This document shows, piece after piece, positions 38,651 to 51,400 of a stretch of DNA of 64,000 nucleotides (positions are counted from its first letter, which is position 1; each line of letters begins with the position of its first letter). The DNA lies in assembly GCA_964188305.1 (NCBI GenBank), contig OZ076898.1. One strand, written 5' to 3'. A program made the translations under genes and the position numbers. The notes under the pieces are model-generated. The model made no database searches, had not been told where the DNA came from, and was given only the letters and a program-made list of their open reading frames with translations. This DNA comes from Podarcis bocagei. Its lineage: Eukaryota.

Positions 38651-41600
38651 TTCTCACACTGGGAGTGTCAGCCCAGTTCTCCGCACTTCTTCCCTGGAAG
38701 TAAGACCCACTCAGTTCTGGCAGCTTACTCTCAGGTAAGCCTGTGTGGGATCACAGCCTCACCCACAGCACTTTATTGCCTCTTGCCAATGTTAAAAATG
38801 GGACCTGGCCTCCATTTTTTGTTGTTGTTTTAAAAGAGGCTTGATTCTGCTTGAATTTGCAAGCTTGTCAGTTTCATAGGATTCTTTGTCAGGAGGAGTG
38901 GAAAAGAAACATAGGAAGCTGCCTTAGTGGTCCATCTGGCTCAGAGTTGCGGACATTGGCCAGCAGCGGCTTTTCAGGGTTTTAGGCATGGAGTCTTTTC
39001 CAACCCCTAACCGGAGACAGATCCTGAGGTCTTCTGCAGCCCCAGCAGCTGCTCTACCCCTAGGCTCAGGAACATGTGAAGCCGCCTTATGCCCAGTCAG
39101 ACCTCTGCTCCACCTGCACAGACTGGCAGCAGCTCTCTAGGGCTTCAGGCACGAATCTTTCCCAGCCCAGTTGGGGACTGAACACGGGGACTTCTGCTTT
39201 GCCACTGAGCTGTGGGGCGGTGGGTGAATCAGGGCACGTCTGCGGTTCTGCTTCCAGCTCCCCCTGCCCCCCTTTGCACTCTTCTGGGTGATGGCAGGTG
39301 CTGGGAAGCTCAGCCCTGCCTTGCCCAGTCCTATCAGCTAGTCTGATTAAAGTTCTCCTTCTCCTTCTGTGGTCAGTGTGGTGCAAGGCTTAGAGTGTCA
39401 GAACGGGACGTGGGAGAGACCAGGGTGCAAATCCGCACTCAGTCATGAGGCTCAAGGGTGACCTTGGGCCAGTCACTACCTCTCAGCCTCCCCTACCTCA
39501 CAGGGTTGTTGTGGGGATTAAATGAGCAGTTGGAGACAACCATGCACACCACCTGGAGTTCCTTGGAGGAGAGTGGAGACATGAATTAAACAAACAAACA
39601 AACAAAATGGCCTTTGCTCAGGATGCGGGCCTGGGTGTCCCCAGTGGCGGAGCAAGCCGATTGGGCGCCTGGGGTAGTGCAAGTGCCCTGCACCCAGGGG
39701 TGAGGGTGGGGCAAGCCGGGGCAGGGTGCTCCGTGGGGCCTCCAAGGAGTCTACCTGCCTCCTCCCACTCAGTCGCCCTACAGCTGAGGGGGAGGCAGTG
39801 GGCGGACCATTTGGGCAGCGCGGAGCCTATGGGCGCCCAAGCCACCGCGTCACTCCCAGGCCCCACGGTGAGTGCCGCCCGGCCTTTTGTCACCTCCCCT
39901 CAGTGGTGACACCTGGGACAGCCTGCCCCCACCGCCCCCCTTCCTCCACCCCCGGGTGTCCCCCAGCTCTAGTTGGGGTCCGATCCCCATCCTGTCCATT
40001 GCCCAGCGTGGTCAAGGGTGAGCAGAGCTCTATTCCAGCCATGTTTGGGGTGGAGTCACCACAGGCTCCTCCTTCCAGGCCTATGTCTTGGGCACGCAAC
40101 CCGCCATCAGCTGGAGTAATAGGAAGTGAGGGGAGTGTCTCTGAGAACATGCAGAGTGTGTTTTCCCTCACCTCTCAGTAACCAGCACAACTGGTAGCTG
40201 CATAACTGGCATTATTAGGTCACTCTGGGCCTGAGACCCTGGACAGCTGCTGCCAGTCAGTGCTGGCACTGCTGAGCTGTCAGTGGACCCAGGGCCTGCG
40301 TTGCTTGGCAGAAGGCACCTGCCTGGGCTTTCCATCTCTGGCTCCTTCAGTCCACCAGGCTGCTCCCAAAGTCCCCTCTGCGGCCACCCCAGCCCTGTTT
40401 CCAAGAGCAAAAGGCAGGGAGTTAATCCCCACCGGAATGCAGCGAGAGCACAAGGATTAGGGCAGACAGGCTGGGAGCCTTGGCAGGAGAGAGGCCCCAG
40501 AGCCTGCTGCCCCCCTGGCTGAGTCTGCGTTTGGAAGGGTGACACCTGGTCTGCTGGCTGGAGGGGGGCTGCTGGCTTCTCTCCCTGAAGTCAGTGCCCT
40601 GAAGGCTGCGGGGGAGACATGAGGAGACTGGAGAGGAGCAGGCGGTGGGTGAAAGCGAGGGAGGCAGCAGGCAGCACCCTCTTCAGGCCCCCAACCTGCT
40701 GCCCCTCCCAGCTGCCCAGAGATCTTAGGGTTGTGGGAGATACCTGAGTGAAAACATGGACTGAGGTAGCATTGTAAAAGGCAGATTTAATGGTCAATAT
40801 TATTTGGAAAGAGATTGGAAATAAGGCAGCCACTATTGTAATATATTTATGTGCATCAGTGGTCAGTGTTTGAAATTCCCCGCATTTTGCTATTGTCATG
40901 GGTCCAACTGCAACTATGCGGAGATTTCTGGGCACCCGGTTGGCAACCAACATCTCCATTGAGCCAGGAAAAGGCTTGGCTCCAATGAAATGCTCTTGTG
41001 GGCACACACACAGAGTTCCCCTTGATGGTACTTTCTGAGCCAGGATGGGGCTGGGGACGGCCCTGCACTTAGCATGCAATGGGCTAGAACTCTCAAGGGA
41101 AGGATTTCTTAGTCAGCCCATGGAAGACATTGGTGATGCCGCCCACTGAAGTAGGACAAAGCTACATAGATGATGCGATTAAGCTGGCTCACAGCCCCAT
41201 TACATTAGTTTCTAATCTCTGGCAAAGAATGCAAAACGAAATGATGTGGTGTTTAAAAATAAACACAGCTTGAAAAGGTACCTGAGCAATGGAGAAGTGG
41301 TGCCTGCAACAAAATTTTGCAGCGCAGTGGGCTGCTCCAGTTCAGGATTCCAGGAGGGAGGGAGGGATCTTTCTAGGTTACTCACTTCCATTTCCTCCTC
41401 CAGATTTCCTCTCCACTCCCACAGCCATCCAGCATTCTGAGCAGGCTCACTGGGTTCTTCCCTCCCCCAAGTGTTAGGGAGTGTGGCATTCCTGCCCCCC
41501 TTACTTCTGCAGACCTGGGGTTCCCCCAAGCTCAGTAGCAGCTAGCTGCCCAAAGGGGCAGCTTCACAGTCTGGGGTGCTTCTGGATCCAGCTCAGTCAT

Positions 41601-41659
41601 GGAAGGCTCAGGTGGCCTCTGTGGGTAAAAGTGCCATTTTCAAACTGCAGCTGGTTTGA

Positions 41660-42620
41660 CAGCTACAACCAAGTCCTGGACTGGGAGAGCCTGGCCACAG
41701 GAGTTTGTGCGCTGGTTCCTTCAAGGCTGGATTACTCTATGTGGGGCTTCCCTTGCACTTGATCCGGAAGCTACAGTTTAGTGCAGGATGCTGCTGCAGG
41801 ATGCTGACAGGTGTGAGGCCTTGCCAGCACCCAACCCCTGCGCTCAAGAGATCTACACTGGCATGGCTGTCATATAGAAAGGCCTAAATGCCTTGAGACC
41901 AGTTTGCCTGCAGGATGGCATCTCCCCATATATACCCACCTGACTGGTTTGATCAGCAGAACTGGCACTGTGGCAGATGCCACAGTCAGGGCCGTCTTAC
42001 CCATAGGCGCTAGGGGTGTGGGGCACCTGGGCGCCAGGCTCTCAGGGGCGCCAGGCCGAGAGTCCGAGGCCCGAGAGTTGAGTCCAGGGAAGAGCCTGCC
42101 GGTTGGTCAGAGCTCCGTGGCAGACTCTTCTTCTGCGGGCAGCTCTGCGCTGCGAGTTCGGGGGCGACCGAGCCAGCAAGACGCTGAGGCAGCCAGCTGG
42201 CTCCGCACTCCTGTGCGCCTGGGACTGGGCAAGCTGGGGGGGGGCACTGGGCAGATCTTTTCACCTTGGCACCGCATATGCTTAAGACAGCCCTGGCCAC
42301 AGTTGTAAGAACTTGAGCTTTGAGAGTTGCAGCACCCAAACTCTGGAACTCCCTGCCTCTTGATATCAGACAGGCGCCTTCCCTGGACTTTTTATGGCAC
42401 TGGCTAAAAACATTTTTTGTTTATACAAGCCTACCCAGATATTTAGAAAGGCAACACAAGTTTTAAGCTGTTTTCAGTCTATTATTATTTTAATTTTCCA
42501 AAAGTCTTTAATCATTGTTAATCCTTCTTATTGATCATTTGTTTTATCCTTTGTAAAACTTTTTTGAGGGTTGTTTCCCCCCCACAATCAAGCAGTGTAT
42601 AGATTTTATGAAATAAATAG
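41660..42620 (+). mobile_element. Old L2-like LINE 3' fragment split by a hAT MITE (boundaries approximate)
   Basis: ALVPSRLDYS-like degenerate coding, ctctggaactccctgcc motif and a (AAAT)n tail; similar tails at 6.9-7.2, 48.1-49.1 and 55.95-56.36 kb. Confidence 0.6.
41987..42295. mobile_element. hAT-family MITE
   Basis: TIRs cagggccgtctta / taagacagccctg; perfect 8-bp TSD gccacagt at 41979-41986 and 42296-42303. Confidence 0.9.
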
Positions 42621-43902
42621 TAAGGGTCTACACCCAGCACAGAAGGGAAAGATAGAATTTGTGGAACAAGTGACAGATAACAAAATGTGCTGATGCAATA
42701 AGGAAGTTCAGGCTTCAGGAATGGAGAGACGTCTGCCTGCCTTGGAGAGGCCACAGGGCTCTTTAAAGCAGTTTGTGGCCACCAGGTTCCTTCCAGATGT
42801 TTTGGACCGAAATCCCCAATAGTGCCAGCTCACACATCTGTGCTAGCCAGTCAGAAACATCTGGAGGGCACCCAGATCTTCAGGTCTGCATAATTAAACT
42901 TTTGCCTTGCCTAAGGAAACAGGCAGCAGGTCAATGAATGGAATTATTTCCATGGAGAGACCAGCTATGGATCTAGAAGCACCGAGATGCTACAATGGGT
43001 GGCAATAGGCAAGGCTTCAAAGAATGCTTGGAGAACTGCAAAGAGGACTGGTCCCTTCAGCAGTCACAGGGCCACCCTGCACATTCAGGGACAGCAGGCT
43101 TCCATGGCTGGGGCTCACAGGTGGGAATCTCCACAAAACATGAGGCTGTTTGTTGCCAGCAGACTGAATACTGTATTGAGCTAAGCTGACCCAGCAAAGG
43201 CAAAACTGTACATCACAAATTAACACAATACTCTCCCTCGGCTGTCACCTGGGGCAGCCATTCCATCGGATGGAGAGATAGGAAGCGAGATTCATGCCAT
43301 CAGCTTTGCTGAAAGCCCATCTCCATCAGGCGCCTCCTGCCCCTGAACTGGGCCCGCGGCTCATTATCGGAACAAAAGGCTCTTTAGAAACTGATGCCTG
43401 AGCTTGGTTTTTCTCTTCCTCTTCCCTCCCAATCCCCTTCCCCTTGTGTGCTGTGGTTTTTTTACATTGTAAGCCTGGGGGGCAGGGAGCGTCCTGTTGT
43501 AAATGTACGTAAATCATTTCCAGAGCCTTTTTGGCCAAAAACCAAATGCTCTCAATAACCACAATGGCTGGATTCTGCACCAAGGAAAGCCCAATTGTGC
43601 AGCAGTCTGCAAAAGACACACAGGCCCCAATCACACCATACACTGAAAGCACTATGATACTACTTTAAATAGTCATGGCTTCTCCCTAGTCAATCCCTCT
43701 TCACAGAGAAGTCTGAGAACGGAAGCTCCGGGAGGAGAACAGGGGCCTCCTCCCAACTCTCAGCGCCCTTAACAGACTACAGCTCCCACAATCCTTTGGG
43801 GGAAGCCAGGACTGTTTAAAATGGCATCCTAGCCCCTTAAATGTGTGAGCATGGCTCACCTCTACAAATAAATTCACAGACACACATCTCCCCACATCAG
43901 AC

Positions 43903-43908
43903 TTTATT
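43903..43908 (-). terminator. GLTP: Candidate GLTP polyadenylation signal
   Basis: AATAAA on the minus strand followed by a GU-rich tract; a more proximal AATAAA is at 44444-44449. Confidence 0.5.
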
Positions 43909-44366
43909 TTATTTTTTTGTCTTCTCTGTTGCTACTTGAAGAAAATATAAGGCTTGGATGAGCAGTGATCCACTTAAGGCCTAAAATGGTTCTCGTGCCT
44001 CAGAAACCAAGATATCTGAAAAGGCAACAATGGGGAAAGTGGGGAAAGGAGGAAGGTTGCAGGTAGTTCAAAGGGTGAGAAGTTATCCCTGAAGTAAACA
44101 GTTGCAAAAAGGAGTGAGAAAATATTTCGACTCCGGGGAGATTAAAAATGTCACTCAAGAAAGGTAACTGAAGGCTGGTTTTCATTATTACTTCTTTGTG
44201 CAAATCACACACACACACACACACACTTCGCTGGCATCTGTTGTGGAGAAACACCTAATTCAGTCAGCACATCAAAAAACCAGGTACAAACAGCCATACC
44301 TGCTGCACCATCGAAGCATCTAACTATACAGGAATCCCAAAATATACATAGATTATAAAATATTAG

Positions 44367-44368
<2 letters not shown>

Positions 44369-44418
<50 letters not shown>
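44369..44418. repeat. (TA)n microsatellite downstream of the GLTP stop
   Basis: Read directly; a (CA)n run is also present near 44206-44226. Confidence 0.95.
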
Positions 44419-44420
<2 letters not shown>

Positions 44421-44714
44421 AATACAGTACCACTTAGCTAAGCTTTATTGCCAGGTGCCCCTCATTTCCCGAGACTGGTTATAAATAAATCTGTTAGATA
44501 AAGATTATAAAATACTTTTTAAGCTCTTGAACGAGCAGGACAAAAGGTTCAGGAAGATCCTGGAGACGATCTCCAGGTTGTATTGCTTCAGTTTTGGTAG
44601 AAACACATTTCTAAGTCGAGCTTCTCTGGAGGCTGAGACCGGCCGGAGGGGCTGCTCACAGTGACCAGGAGACCATCTGCTGGAGGAAGCGGGTGGGCAG
44701 AGGGAGGCGCTTGG

Positions 44715-44897
44715 TCAAGCCTTGTAGCTCAGTTCAGCATTCATCTTTGTGTACATTTCGTAGATTGCATCCAGAATGGGTGTCGCCTTGGAGAGGAACT
44801 GGTGGATCTTCTCTAAGGTCTCCTCTTCCTTCACCTCTTTGCCTTTTTCCAGGGCTTTCAGCAAATCCGATTTGTAAGGGAGAGCATACACAGAGCC
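44715..44897 (-). CDS. GLTP: GLTP exon 5, last coding exon (glycolipid transfer protein)
   Basis: 183 bp, cccag| ... TGA; GSVYALPYKSDLLKALEKGKEVKEEETLEKIHQFLSKATPILDAIYEMYTKMNAELSYKA*. Missed by the ORF track. Confidence 0.95.
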   Translation of the reverse strand, partial: GSVYALPYKSDLLKALEKGKEVKEEETLEKIHQFLSKATPILDAIYEMYTKMNAELSYKA

Positions 44898-44952
44898 CTG
44901 GGTGAGGACAAAGAGAGACAGAATAAACCCAAGTCACACGAAGCAAGAAACT

Positions 44953-45060
44953 CCAGCTAGCGCAGTTGATTAGAGCGGGGCGCTGAGAACGCCAAGGTTG
45001 CAGGTTTGATCCCCAGATGGGACAGCTGCACATGCCCGCATCACAACACGCTGAACTAGA
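44953..45060 (+). mobile_element. tRNA-derived SINE (tRNA-Ile-like head, degenerate CR1-like tail)
   Basis: ccagctagcgcagttgattagagcggggcgctgagaacgccaaggttgcaggtttgatcccc, with A and B boxes. Confidence 0.65.
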
Positions 45061-45654
45061 TCAGGCATCTCCAACTTCAAACAGGCTGCGATCTGCTCCC
45101 CAAAACTGGCAGTGGTCTACCCATTGTCACTGGAGGGACGAAGAGCGTGCGTGGGGTGCGTGTGTGGAAGGAGGTGGCTAACTGGACGCAGGAGGGTGGA
45201 GTTTAAGTGGGGGGGGAGGAAAGGGAGGCAAAAGTTCTCTCTTTGAGGAGCCAGTAGGCTTCTCTCTCCCCCACCCCCAAGCCAGCCCTCTCTTTCCTCC
45301 CTAAATCAGCTGCTGAAGCATGGCCAGTCAAGAATTTAACGTGGATTGGTGACCTTTTCCTTCAAAATTATAGGCAGGGCTTCGTATGCCAGCTTCGCCA
45401 TTTCCTTCACTGGGTGCAGGAATTTTATTGTCCGTTTAAACAGGACTCTGTTTTTGCACCTACACATAAACACACACCACTTTTAATTATTATCTGAGAT
45501 GTGGAGGGGAAGGGAAAGGAAAAGCGGGACATTCCAGGACCAAATCAGAAACCGGGGTGGCTTCAGTAATTCCGGGACTGCCCCTGGAAAATCAGGACAC
45601 TTGGAGAGGATGTGAATCCCTCTCTTTAGCTTTGCACTCATTTGTCATGTTCAG

Positions 45655-45970
45655 AGTGAGGCTTCATTCGCATCATACATTTAAAGCAGTCTCAGACCAC
45701 TTCAACAGCCATGGCTCCCCCCCCCCCCCGAAAGGATTCTGGGAGCTGTGGTCTGTATGGTTGCGGAGAGGTGTTAGGAGACTCCTATTCCCCTCAGAGG
45801 CCGACAATTCGCAGAGCTCCATGTGATGGTTGAACCACCCTGGGAATTGCATCTCTTTGAGGGGAAGAGGGGACTCCCGACAGCCCTCAGCACCCTTCAC
45901 AAACTACAGTGCCCAGAATTCTTTGGAGGGAGCCGTGACTGTGCTTTCAACATCTGGTGTGAATGAAGCC
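45655..45970. mobile_element. Palindromic non-autonomous DNA transposon remnant
   Basis: Imperfect inverted halves (cagccatggctccc...ggattctgggagctgtggt / actacagtgcccagaattct...ggagccgtgactg); relatives at about 4040-4230 and 43635-43850. Confidence 0.55.
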
Positions 45971-47150
45971 TGAGTTATCTCTGCCCTCCTCGCCCAGAAG
46001 ACCAGGGCACAGGGCTGCCCTCCCTCATCCCCCCCCCCCCGGAAAAGTGCCAACATGCCAACCCAGTCAGATGACGGGAGGTGTGGCAAAACCGCCTGGA
46101 GTTAAAGACCCACCCCACCTGAACTGCAGTGGAAAATAAATATTGTACAACATGGAGAGCAGACCAACCTACTCTTAGGGATGATCTACTGTTTTGTCTT
46201 GTTTAAGAAAAAAAGATAAAAAAGAGGGGGGAGTACTTCTTTATCAGTTGAATGCAAATCTAGGGAACTCTCTGCTCCTGGATGTTTGGGCATGTCTGCG
46301 TTCTGCAACTGGCAAGCACAGAAATGGGTGGTGGGTGGGAGGCCCAATGCTGTGAGAATTTCAGTCCTCATGACCAGCAAGACAGACTTGAAAGCATGTG
46401 TAGAACAACAGCTAAAATCTCAGGAACCAGAGAAGTGGGGAAGGAGAGGAGGGGAGCTGGATTTCCATGATTTCCTGGATTTCCTCAGCGCCTTGTGCTG
46501 CTTCACCCCTCCTAGTGACTAGCAGAAATACACACACACAGGTGGAAAAAAATTATGCACATGGCAGAATTCACCTTGTTTTCCGGGTGCAAGACTCAGG
46601 TTACCTTAGTGCAGAATTCCTTCAGAATGCAAAACAGGTATAACTCTGGGTTAGATTTCTACACTGAGAATAGTCAGTGGCTATTAGCCTTCCTAGCCTG
46701 AAGCACAGTCAGCAGTGGGATGTCCAGCAGGATTCTCCTTAAGAGCCATCTAGGTCAGCATCCAACAGGGGCCAGCCAGACCATTCTGGGGCAAATCCAC
46801 AACCGAGGCATCTCCTGTAGCTCTCCCTGCCCCCGTAGCTGGCATTCAAAGAGAGACTGCTTCAGAATAAGGAGGTTCCTTCAGCTATCATTTCTGGTTA
46901 CCTCACAGCTCTGGCCACCTCACCACAAAAAAGGAGACTGCAGAACTGGGAAAGGTTCAGGAAAGGGCCCCCCAAACAGTCAAGAGGCTGGAGTGCCCCC
47001 CCCCATGAAACAAGGCTGCAGCGTTTGGGGCTTTGTAGTTTAGAGAAGAGGTGAGTGAGAGGCGACACGGCAGGAAGCTTATGAAATTAGGCACGGAGCC
47101 CCTTGGGATCAGGCTGGCTCCGCTGGGTGCCTCTTGCGAGCTCCACTCAC

Positions 47151-47301
47151 CAAGAACAGCTTCTGCAGCATCCAGCCGTGGTACTTCCTCAGTGCCAACT
47201 CATAGGCCTTGGTGGCATTGACCCGGATGAGGTTTGGATTCTCCTCGTCCCTCTCGCCATCGCACAGGCTCTGCAGCAGAACTTGGATGAACTTCAGGCC
47301 C
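47151..47301 (-). CDS. GLTP: GLTP exon 4
   Basis: 151 bp, cgcag| ... |gtgagt; GLKFIQVLLQSLCDGERDEENPNLIRVNATKAYELALRKYHGWMLQKLFL. Confidence 0.96.
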
Positions 47302-48180
47302 CTGCGGGAGAAACGGGGCAGGTGAGGCGGGGGGAGGACACCTGCCCTGCGAGAGGCACCTGCCAGGCACCGCCAGGAAACACAGCACCCGAACCTTTTG
47401 TCACTTAAAACAGGCCTGTTGTGAACTAGAACTCCCACTGCCCCTGACCACTGGCTCCACTGGCTGATGGAGTGGCTGTTGTTTGTATGCTGCCCTCCGT
47501 CAGACCATCCCAGGGTACTAAGCCTTGAAGAAGCGCACAGCGTTGAGCAGTGTTCAACAGCAGGTTGAAATGGATTAAAATAATAATTTGTTTTATTTTA
47601 CTTATAACAAATACCTCTATGCGCATAGTATCATTTATATCTATCTATCCAACCTTCCTAGCTGATGCATCACAGCTGCCTTCCAGATTCTTACAAACCA
47701 TCCTTTTACTATCGGTATTTTTTTCATTCTTGTGTCACTATTACTGCTTCTTTACGCTCCAGCTGATCACCCATCTATACTAATAAAATTGTCAAAATGG
47801 GGGGGTGGGGACAGGTTATCAGTGAAATGGTTTTAATCACTGATGCTAACATTTCCCACCACAGGCAGTACATAGTATATTCAGACCATTTTTCTTTTGT
47901 ATTTGTGCAGAGATTGGTCCCGATTAAAGACTTCACACCAACAATTCTGTTCCTATGTTTTCCTGCCAATTCTCATCCTCCACTCTCTCCTAAACCTTGG
48001 ATCATATTGTGGCAGGAAACACATTTTGGAACTCCCTGCCTATTGACATAAAACAGGTGCCATTGCCATGCTCTTTTCAGCACTGGCTAAAAATATTTTT
48101 GTTTAGGCAAGACTATCTAGCAACGCAGAATGTTGACATGTGTTTCAACCTGTTTCTAGCTTTATCATCAGTTTAAATTA

Positions 48181-48602
48181 CCGTATTTTTCGCTCTATGA
48201 GACGCACCAGACTATGAGACGCACCTAGTTTTTGGAGGAGGAAAACAAGAGGAAAAAAAATTCTGAATCCCAGAAGCCAGAACAGCAAGAGGGATCTTGC
48301 TTCTGGGATAGCCTCTTGCTGTTCTGGCTTCTGGGATAGCCGCCAAAGCCTCTCCCGGGCAGCGGGATGAAGGCTCCCCCTGCCCGGAAGAGGCTGCGCG
48401 CGGCTAAACTGCCCTCTATCCCTTCCCCCACCGCCCGCAAAAGCCAGCCAAGAGCCGCGCGCTCTTTAAAGGGAGCATGGCTCTTGCGGGCTTTTCTACA
48501 AGGTGGGAGAAGCCCTATCAATATCTGCTCCATAAGGCGCACAGACATTTTCCCTTACTTTTTAGGAGGGAAAAAGTGCGTCTTATAGAGCAAAAAATGC
48601 GG
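48181..48602. mobile_element. Tc1/mariner-superfamily MITE
   Basis: TIRs ccgtatttttcgctctatgagacgcac / gtgcgtcttatagagcaaaaaatgcgg, with TA flanks. Confidence 0.88.
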
Positions 48603-48688
48603 TAATTTCTGAAAGTTTTAAATAGCTGGTTTTTAATTGCTTTTTTGACAATTGTATTGTTTTATTCTTCTTGTAAGCTGCTTTCAGG

Positions 48689-49052
48689 GGGGACGCGGGT
48701 GGCGCTGTGGGCTAAAGCCTCAGCGCCTAGGGCTTGCCGATCGAAAGGTCGGCGGTTCGAATCCCCGCGGCGGGGTGCGCTCCCGCTGCTCGGTCCCAGC
48801 GCCTGCCAACCTAGCAGTTCGAAAGCACCCCCGGGTGCAAGTAGATAAATAGGTACCGCTTACCAGCGGGAAGGTAAACGGCGTTCCGTGTGCTGCGCTG
48901 GCTCGCCAGATGCAGCTTTGTCACGCTGGCCACGTGACCCGGAAGTGTCTCCAGACAGCGCTGGCCCCCGGCCAATAGATGTGAGATGGGCGCACAAACC
49001 CCAGAGTCTGTCAAGACTGGCCCGTTCGGGCAGGGGTACCTTTACCTTTACC
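48689..49052 (+). mobile_element. Full-length Sauria SINE
   Basis: tRNA-like head (B box ggttcgaatcc), (ACCTTT)n tail, 15-bp TSD taagctgctttcagg (48674-48688, 49053-49067); CpG-rich, so probably young. Confidence 0.92.
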
Positions 49053-49591
49053 TAAGCTGCTTTCAGGTTTTTCTTCTTACAATCAAGCAGTCTATAAATT
49101 TCATGAAATAAATAAAATTATTTTGCAGAGTAAATAAAGACTCTGCTCCACTGGAGGTTTTAAAGCAGAACTTGGATGGCCAGCTGCCAGGGGTTCTTGA
49201 GTTGCGATTCCTGCATTGCAGGGGGCTGGACTAGATGACTTTTGCGGGTCCCTTCCAACTCTACAACTCTATGATGCCAAGTGTTGTCTTTCCCTTTGGC
49301 ACTCCACACCCAGGTGGGGAGGGAACAAGGGCCTCAGCCATTCCCCCCCGACTCCTTGTTGCATTTTCATAGCTCAGGGTTTGCTGGTACCTCTCGGGTC
49401 TTTCGGACCAGAACTGCCATCTGCCCCGGCCAGCATGGCTCTCCTGCTGGGACGGAGAGCAGTGGCGAGATGAAATCTTCCGGAGGATTATTTGTTTGGC
49501 AGAGGGTGTTGGGTGACCACATTACATCATCCCGTCAGCCCCCCAGGCACCAGGGAGGCCTCCGAGCCACCACCCTCCAACCCACAGGCAC

Positions 49592-49725
49592 CTTTTCAGC
49601 CACATGAGTGCCAAGGTTGCCCCAACTTTTGGCCAAGCCGCTCCATGCATCTCCTTCTCCACCTCCAAGATGTTCTGCAGCGTTTTGAACTTGGTTGGAT
49701 TCGATTCATAAACAGCTCGTATTTT
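49592..49725 (-). CDS. GLTP: GLTP exon 3
   Basis: 134 bp, ttcag| ... |gtgcct; KIRAVYESNPTKFKTLQNILEVEKEMHGAAWPKVGATLALMWLKR. Confidence 0.96.
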
Positions 49726-51400
49726 CTGAAATGGAACCAAACGAAAAGAACACAGAAAGGTCAATTCAACAACACAGAGAATGCAGCACAGGTGTCAAAT
49801 AGCAAAAAATCAAGAGTCATTTTTGCTCTGTTTGTTTCTACCATCTCCCTTGTACATCTCACTCTTTTTTTGAGGACCGAGGGAAGGCAGTGGCTGCTAC
49901 CAATTTTGAATTCTCACCATGTAATTAAAAATGTTTTTAAGTAGGGGGTGCTTCCTCAATGGCTAACACCCACCTGCCCACTGGCTCCCCTTTCCCCACA
50001 CCTGGCCGCCTCATCCTCCCTCTACACCTGACCAATGCTCCCTCACTTTTGACAAACTGCTTTCTGAAGCACCTTGCTCCTTTAAACAAGTTCACTTGAG
50101 CCACCAGCCACACTGGAGTTGCCATGCCTGTGAACTGCAGCATGACAACAGACTTGTGACTTTGTTATACAAGCAAGAAAAACCACCGTCAACAAGAGAA
50201 TTATGGAATTGTAGAGTTGAAAGGGACCCTGAGGGTCATTTATTCCAACCCCCTGTAATGCAGGGATCTCAACTAAGATTGCAAGATAGGAAATGCCATA
50301 TATCTGGTAGGGCTGTTTGTCCATCTAGCCCAGTACAGCATATACTATTCTGATTGGTGGCAGCTCTCCAGGGAGTCTTTGGCAGCAAGGGTCTTTCCCA
50401 TCAGCCGCCCTCTTAACTGAAGATGCCCGGGGGGCGGGACTGAACCTGGAAACCAGGGCCGAAGTTAATGGGGGGGGTAGCCAGAGTCTCATCCCTGGAT
50501 GAAGCCTAGAGGGACACCACTGAGGCTCCCAGCTTGCAGGGGCTTCCTCTGACCACGGCCCCCCCTTGCGGCTCTGGAGAGTCTTTCATAGAGTGGATCC
50601 GGAGCTGCTGAGAACCAGAGGGATTCTAATTTGCTAGGGGATGCAAAAAAAACCTGGAAAAAGATCCACCTTCCCCTTTCCCCTGCCTGTTTTTGGAACC
50701 GTTTGCAAAAGAGAAATCCTGGATAAGGTTGCTCTCCAAGCAAAGTTGAAAAGGGGAAGCTTTCTTTCTTTCTTTCTTTCTTCTTTTGTTTCCCTCAACA
50801 TCTCAGAGATCAATTAAAAGCGGTGAAGAGATCAGAACACCACCTTCTGCCCTCTTTGGGAACAGAAGCACTTTGGAGTATTGCTTGCTTATGTGTTTGT
50901 GTTCTCTCTCTCTCTCTCTCACTGTGTGTTTGGATCTAGAGGACAACATACATGTTTACACCATGAGAATACATAAAGAGGGCACTGGGGCATATGATCA
51001 GCTACAAAAACTGAGTCCTCTTTATACTGAAAACAAAATACCTGTAATGAAAGAAATGTGATGCTGATATACGAAGCACTTTGTATTTATCCCTTCCTGT
51101 AATTTGGAAGGAAAATTTAGCCAATCCACTTTAAATTATTCAGCAATTTTTTTAAGGAAACTTGTGGAGTATTTATTCTTTTATTTTATTATTTAGAGCC
51201 TTAAACTGCAAGCCTTTACTACTCAGAAGTCCCAATGAATTCAATGGAGCTTACTCCCAGGTAACTGTGTAAAGATTCTGCAGTCTTATACTGCAATCTT
51301 AAGCACTTTTACTCAAAAGTAAGTCCCACTGAGTTCAATAGGACTTAGTCTTTGATGTGTGCCTGATTATTATCACAGTTTCTATCATTAGGAGTAGGAG

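Noticed and set aside
40760-41100. Possible conserved enhancer upstream of TRPV4
   Set aside because: It looks non-repetitive, but conservation cannot be judged without alignments.
38160-47151. GLTP-TRPV4 read-through fusion protein
   Set aside because: The genes are close and co-oriented, but the phase-0 GLTP exon 4 donor joined to TRPV4 exon 2 is out of frame or hits TGA, and nothing in the sequence shows read-through.
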